A stretch of DNA of 64,000 nt, taken from positions 256,804,001 through 256,868,000 of the forward strand of contig OZ024743.1 of the NCBI GenBank assembly GCA_964016885.1, in the 5' to 3' direction. The DNA is from Eledone cirrhosa (lineage: Eukaryota). The notes below the pieces were generated by a model. It saw only the letters and a list, made by a program, of their open reading frames with translations. It ran no database searches and was not told the origin of the DNA. Position 1 is the stretch's first letter. The number at the start of each line of letters is the position of its first letter. This document shows, in pieces, positions 61,843-64,000 of this stretch. A program made the position numbers and the translations under genes.

Positions 61843-62448
61843 TAGCCCAGACTCACTATAAAGGCTGGAGACATGATGTGATGGGCAGGGTGATCCACTG
61901 GCACCTATGCAAAGTAAACAATTTACCACATTCTGAGAAGTGGTATGAGCATAAGCCAGAGTCGGTGATAGAAAACTATCAGGTGAAGGTGCTGTGTGAT
62001 TTTAGGATACAGACGGACAAGAAACTGGAACACAATAGACCTGACCTGGTGGTTTTGGACAAGGAAAAAAGATCGTGCCTGATTGTGGATGTGGCCTGCC
62101 CATTCGACACGAGAGTGCAAGAGAAGGAGAGGGACAAAATTAACCGATACCAGGACTTAAAGTGGGAGGTAAAAAGGATTTGGAACTGCCATGAAGTCAA
62201 AGTGGTCCTGATTGTCAGAGGCGCACTAGGTACTATCTCAAAAGGTTTCCAGGGATGGTTAAAGAAAATTGGCCCGCCCGGCTTTTTGGAACGCTTCAAA
62301 AGGCATGCTTGCTGGGAACAGCAAGAACCCTCCGATACGTCCTGAATATCTGAGGCTGCAGGTAGTGGCTTGATATTCATTTCAACAAACTTTCCAGTTA
62401 ACTAACGTCAATGACTGAGACTCAAAGAACAATAATAATAATAATAAT
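61843..62448 (+). mobile_element. More diverged 5'-truncated Dong-like family B copy
   Basis: RLE-domain fragment with a frameshift, 3' UTR and (AAT)n tail. Confidence 0.88.
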
Positions 62449-62882
62449 GCTTTCTTTATTAACCACAAGGATTGACACAAAGTATAACACAGGACAATAA
62501 AAATGGGCATTTCTGCGTGTAAAAAAAAAAACAGGGTGTGACAAAAGGAAACAATGAAAAATTCCCAATAGGGGGAGGGGAGAGACCTCCGAGGGTTGCT
62601 CGTGGAGAAAGCCCACAAGAAAAGCCACGTTTATCCTGACCGCTAGGGCAAATGCCCTCTTCCAGTTTTCTTCCTACACTGCTACACGCACACGCGCAGG
62701 GTAGACCCATTCACACGGGCCATTCTTGCTTCTCTCACCCACCTTTCAACAAACTGGCTAGAGGTCAGTACTTCCTCTCCACCCTGATTTTCCTTTTCAG
62801 GTCAAACCTGAAAAAGTTAATGAGGACGTGTCCACCATACAATCTCTTTTACCATGGCCACCAGGCAGATAAAACCTGCTCT
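62449..62882 (-). mobile_element. 5'-truncated Tx1/L1-type LINE related to 45962-51796
   Basis: ttctttattaaccacaagg 3' end and homology to 45965-46440, again abutting (AAT)n. Confidence 0.8.
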
Positions 62883-63742
62883 GTTTTAGCAGACCAGGCT
62901 GTATCCTTTACACCCATTATGTTGAGTAGAGACTGTATTTCCTAGATGGCCTCATCTTAGATTATTTAGGTGCTCAATCCTTATGATCGCATGGCTTCTG
63001 ATACTATTTTGAAATATTTTCTTCCACATATTAGCCAGCAGTGCATTCCTCAAATTTTGATGCTTGCTTTCCAATATGTTCGATATTGTCTTTCAGTTTA
63101 TCCCTGTATGTAAGCAGTTTTCCTACATTACAGGCTTCTGCCTGAGGTTGGCCATAAATGAGAATTTTTGGTAGTCTTGCATTCTAAAAACATGACCAAC
63201 CCATCTTAAGTGATTCTACCTCAAAAAAGGCCCAATGCTTTGCATATGATTTATGAAAAAACTATTAATTTCAGACTTTGTCCTTCCATGTGAAACCAGA
63301 GATATTTCAAAGACAACTTTTGTGGATATCTAGCTGTGATATATTTTCTATATGGTGTCTGCAATTTTGACCCCTACGGCATATAAGGTATGAGTATCCT
63401 GTTGAGAACAAGTATGCTGTAGCCCTGTCTATCATAAAGAGTAGGTGCAGAGAAGGGCATCCAGTAGTAAAACATTGCCTCAAAAAGGATTCCATGGTGA
63501 ATATGAAGCCTGGCATAATGACGGCAAATTTAACCTTGGCTTTTCCTGAGAAAATAGCCTTAAAACGTTTGTTTTCTTGTTGAAGTTGGTTGTGTATATA
63601 TATAAGATGACTGCAAGTATACCAACTGGATTTATCTCTGAAATATCTCGCGCTATTTTGGATATAAAATAAACAACATTTGAATATAAAAATAAATGTC
63701 TGAACGCCTTGCTGTTGCTTTATCACTTCATCAACAAATAGA

Positions 63743-63880
<138 letters not shown>

Positions 63881-63884
63881 TAGG

Positions 63885-64000
63885 AAGTAGAAGTGTCCAA
63901 AGGATACTAGCTCCTTCCATTGCGCAGAGGGTTCTATAGAAATAGTAGACACTTTCCGTTACCTGGGTGACGAAATCAGCAGTGGTGGAGGGTGTTCTGA
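63885..64000 (+). pseudogene. RTE-clade LINE fragment running off the window end
   Basis: IEIVDTFRYLGDEISSGGGCS, similar to 36970-37030. Confidence 0.65.

Overview
AT-rich eukaryotic DNA with no confidently recognisable host gene. The tRNA-derived SINE resembles octopus SINEs, so an octopod cephalopod is likely (inference). The window is nested mobile DNA in two compartments. (1) 0.5-32 kb: Penelope-like elements (PLEs) inserted in (TA)n/(CA)n microsatellites. These include an intact Naiad-like RT + GIY-YIG element with direct and inverted pLTRs, a frameshifted Neptune-like element, several remnants, many inverted-repeat pLTR relics and about 16 hammerhead-ribozyme motifs read by eye, several with non-canonical cores. 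One decayed PLE is split by a 4.3-kb block bounded by a hAT MITE left end and an autonomous-type hAT right end, which looks like a composite transposon carrying cargo. (2) 40-63 kb: non-LTR retrotransposons piled up in (AAT)n. These are two divergent R4/Dong-like RLE families preceded by the same ~600-bp 5' module, their 5'-truncated copies, a full-length decayed Tx1/L1-type element and SINEs in the opposite orientation. Mariner, RTE, minisatellite and possible Helitron-type remnants are also present. All calls were made by eye, and element boundaries may be off by a few bases.
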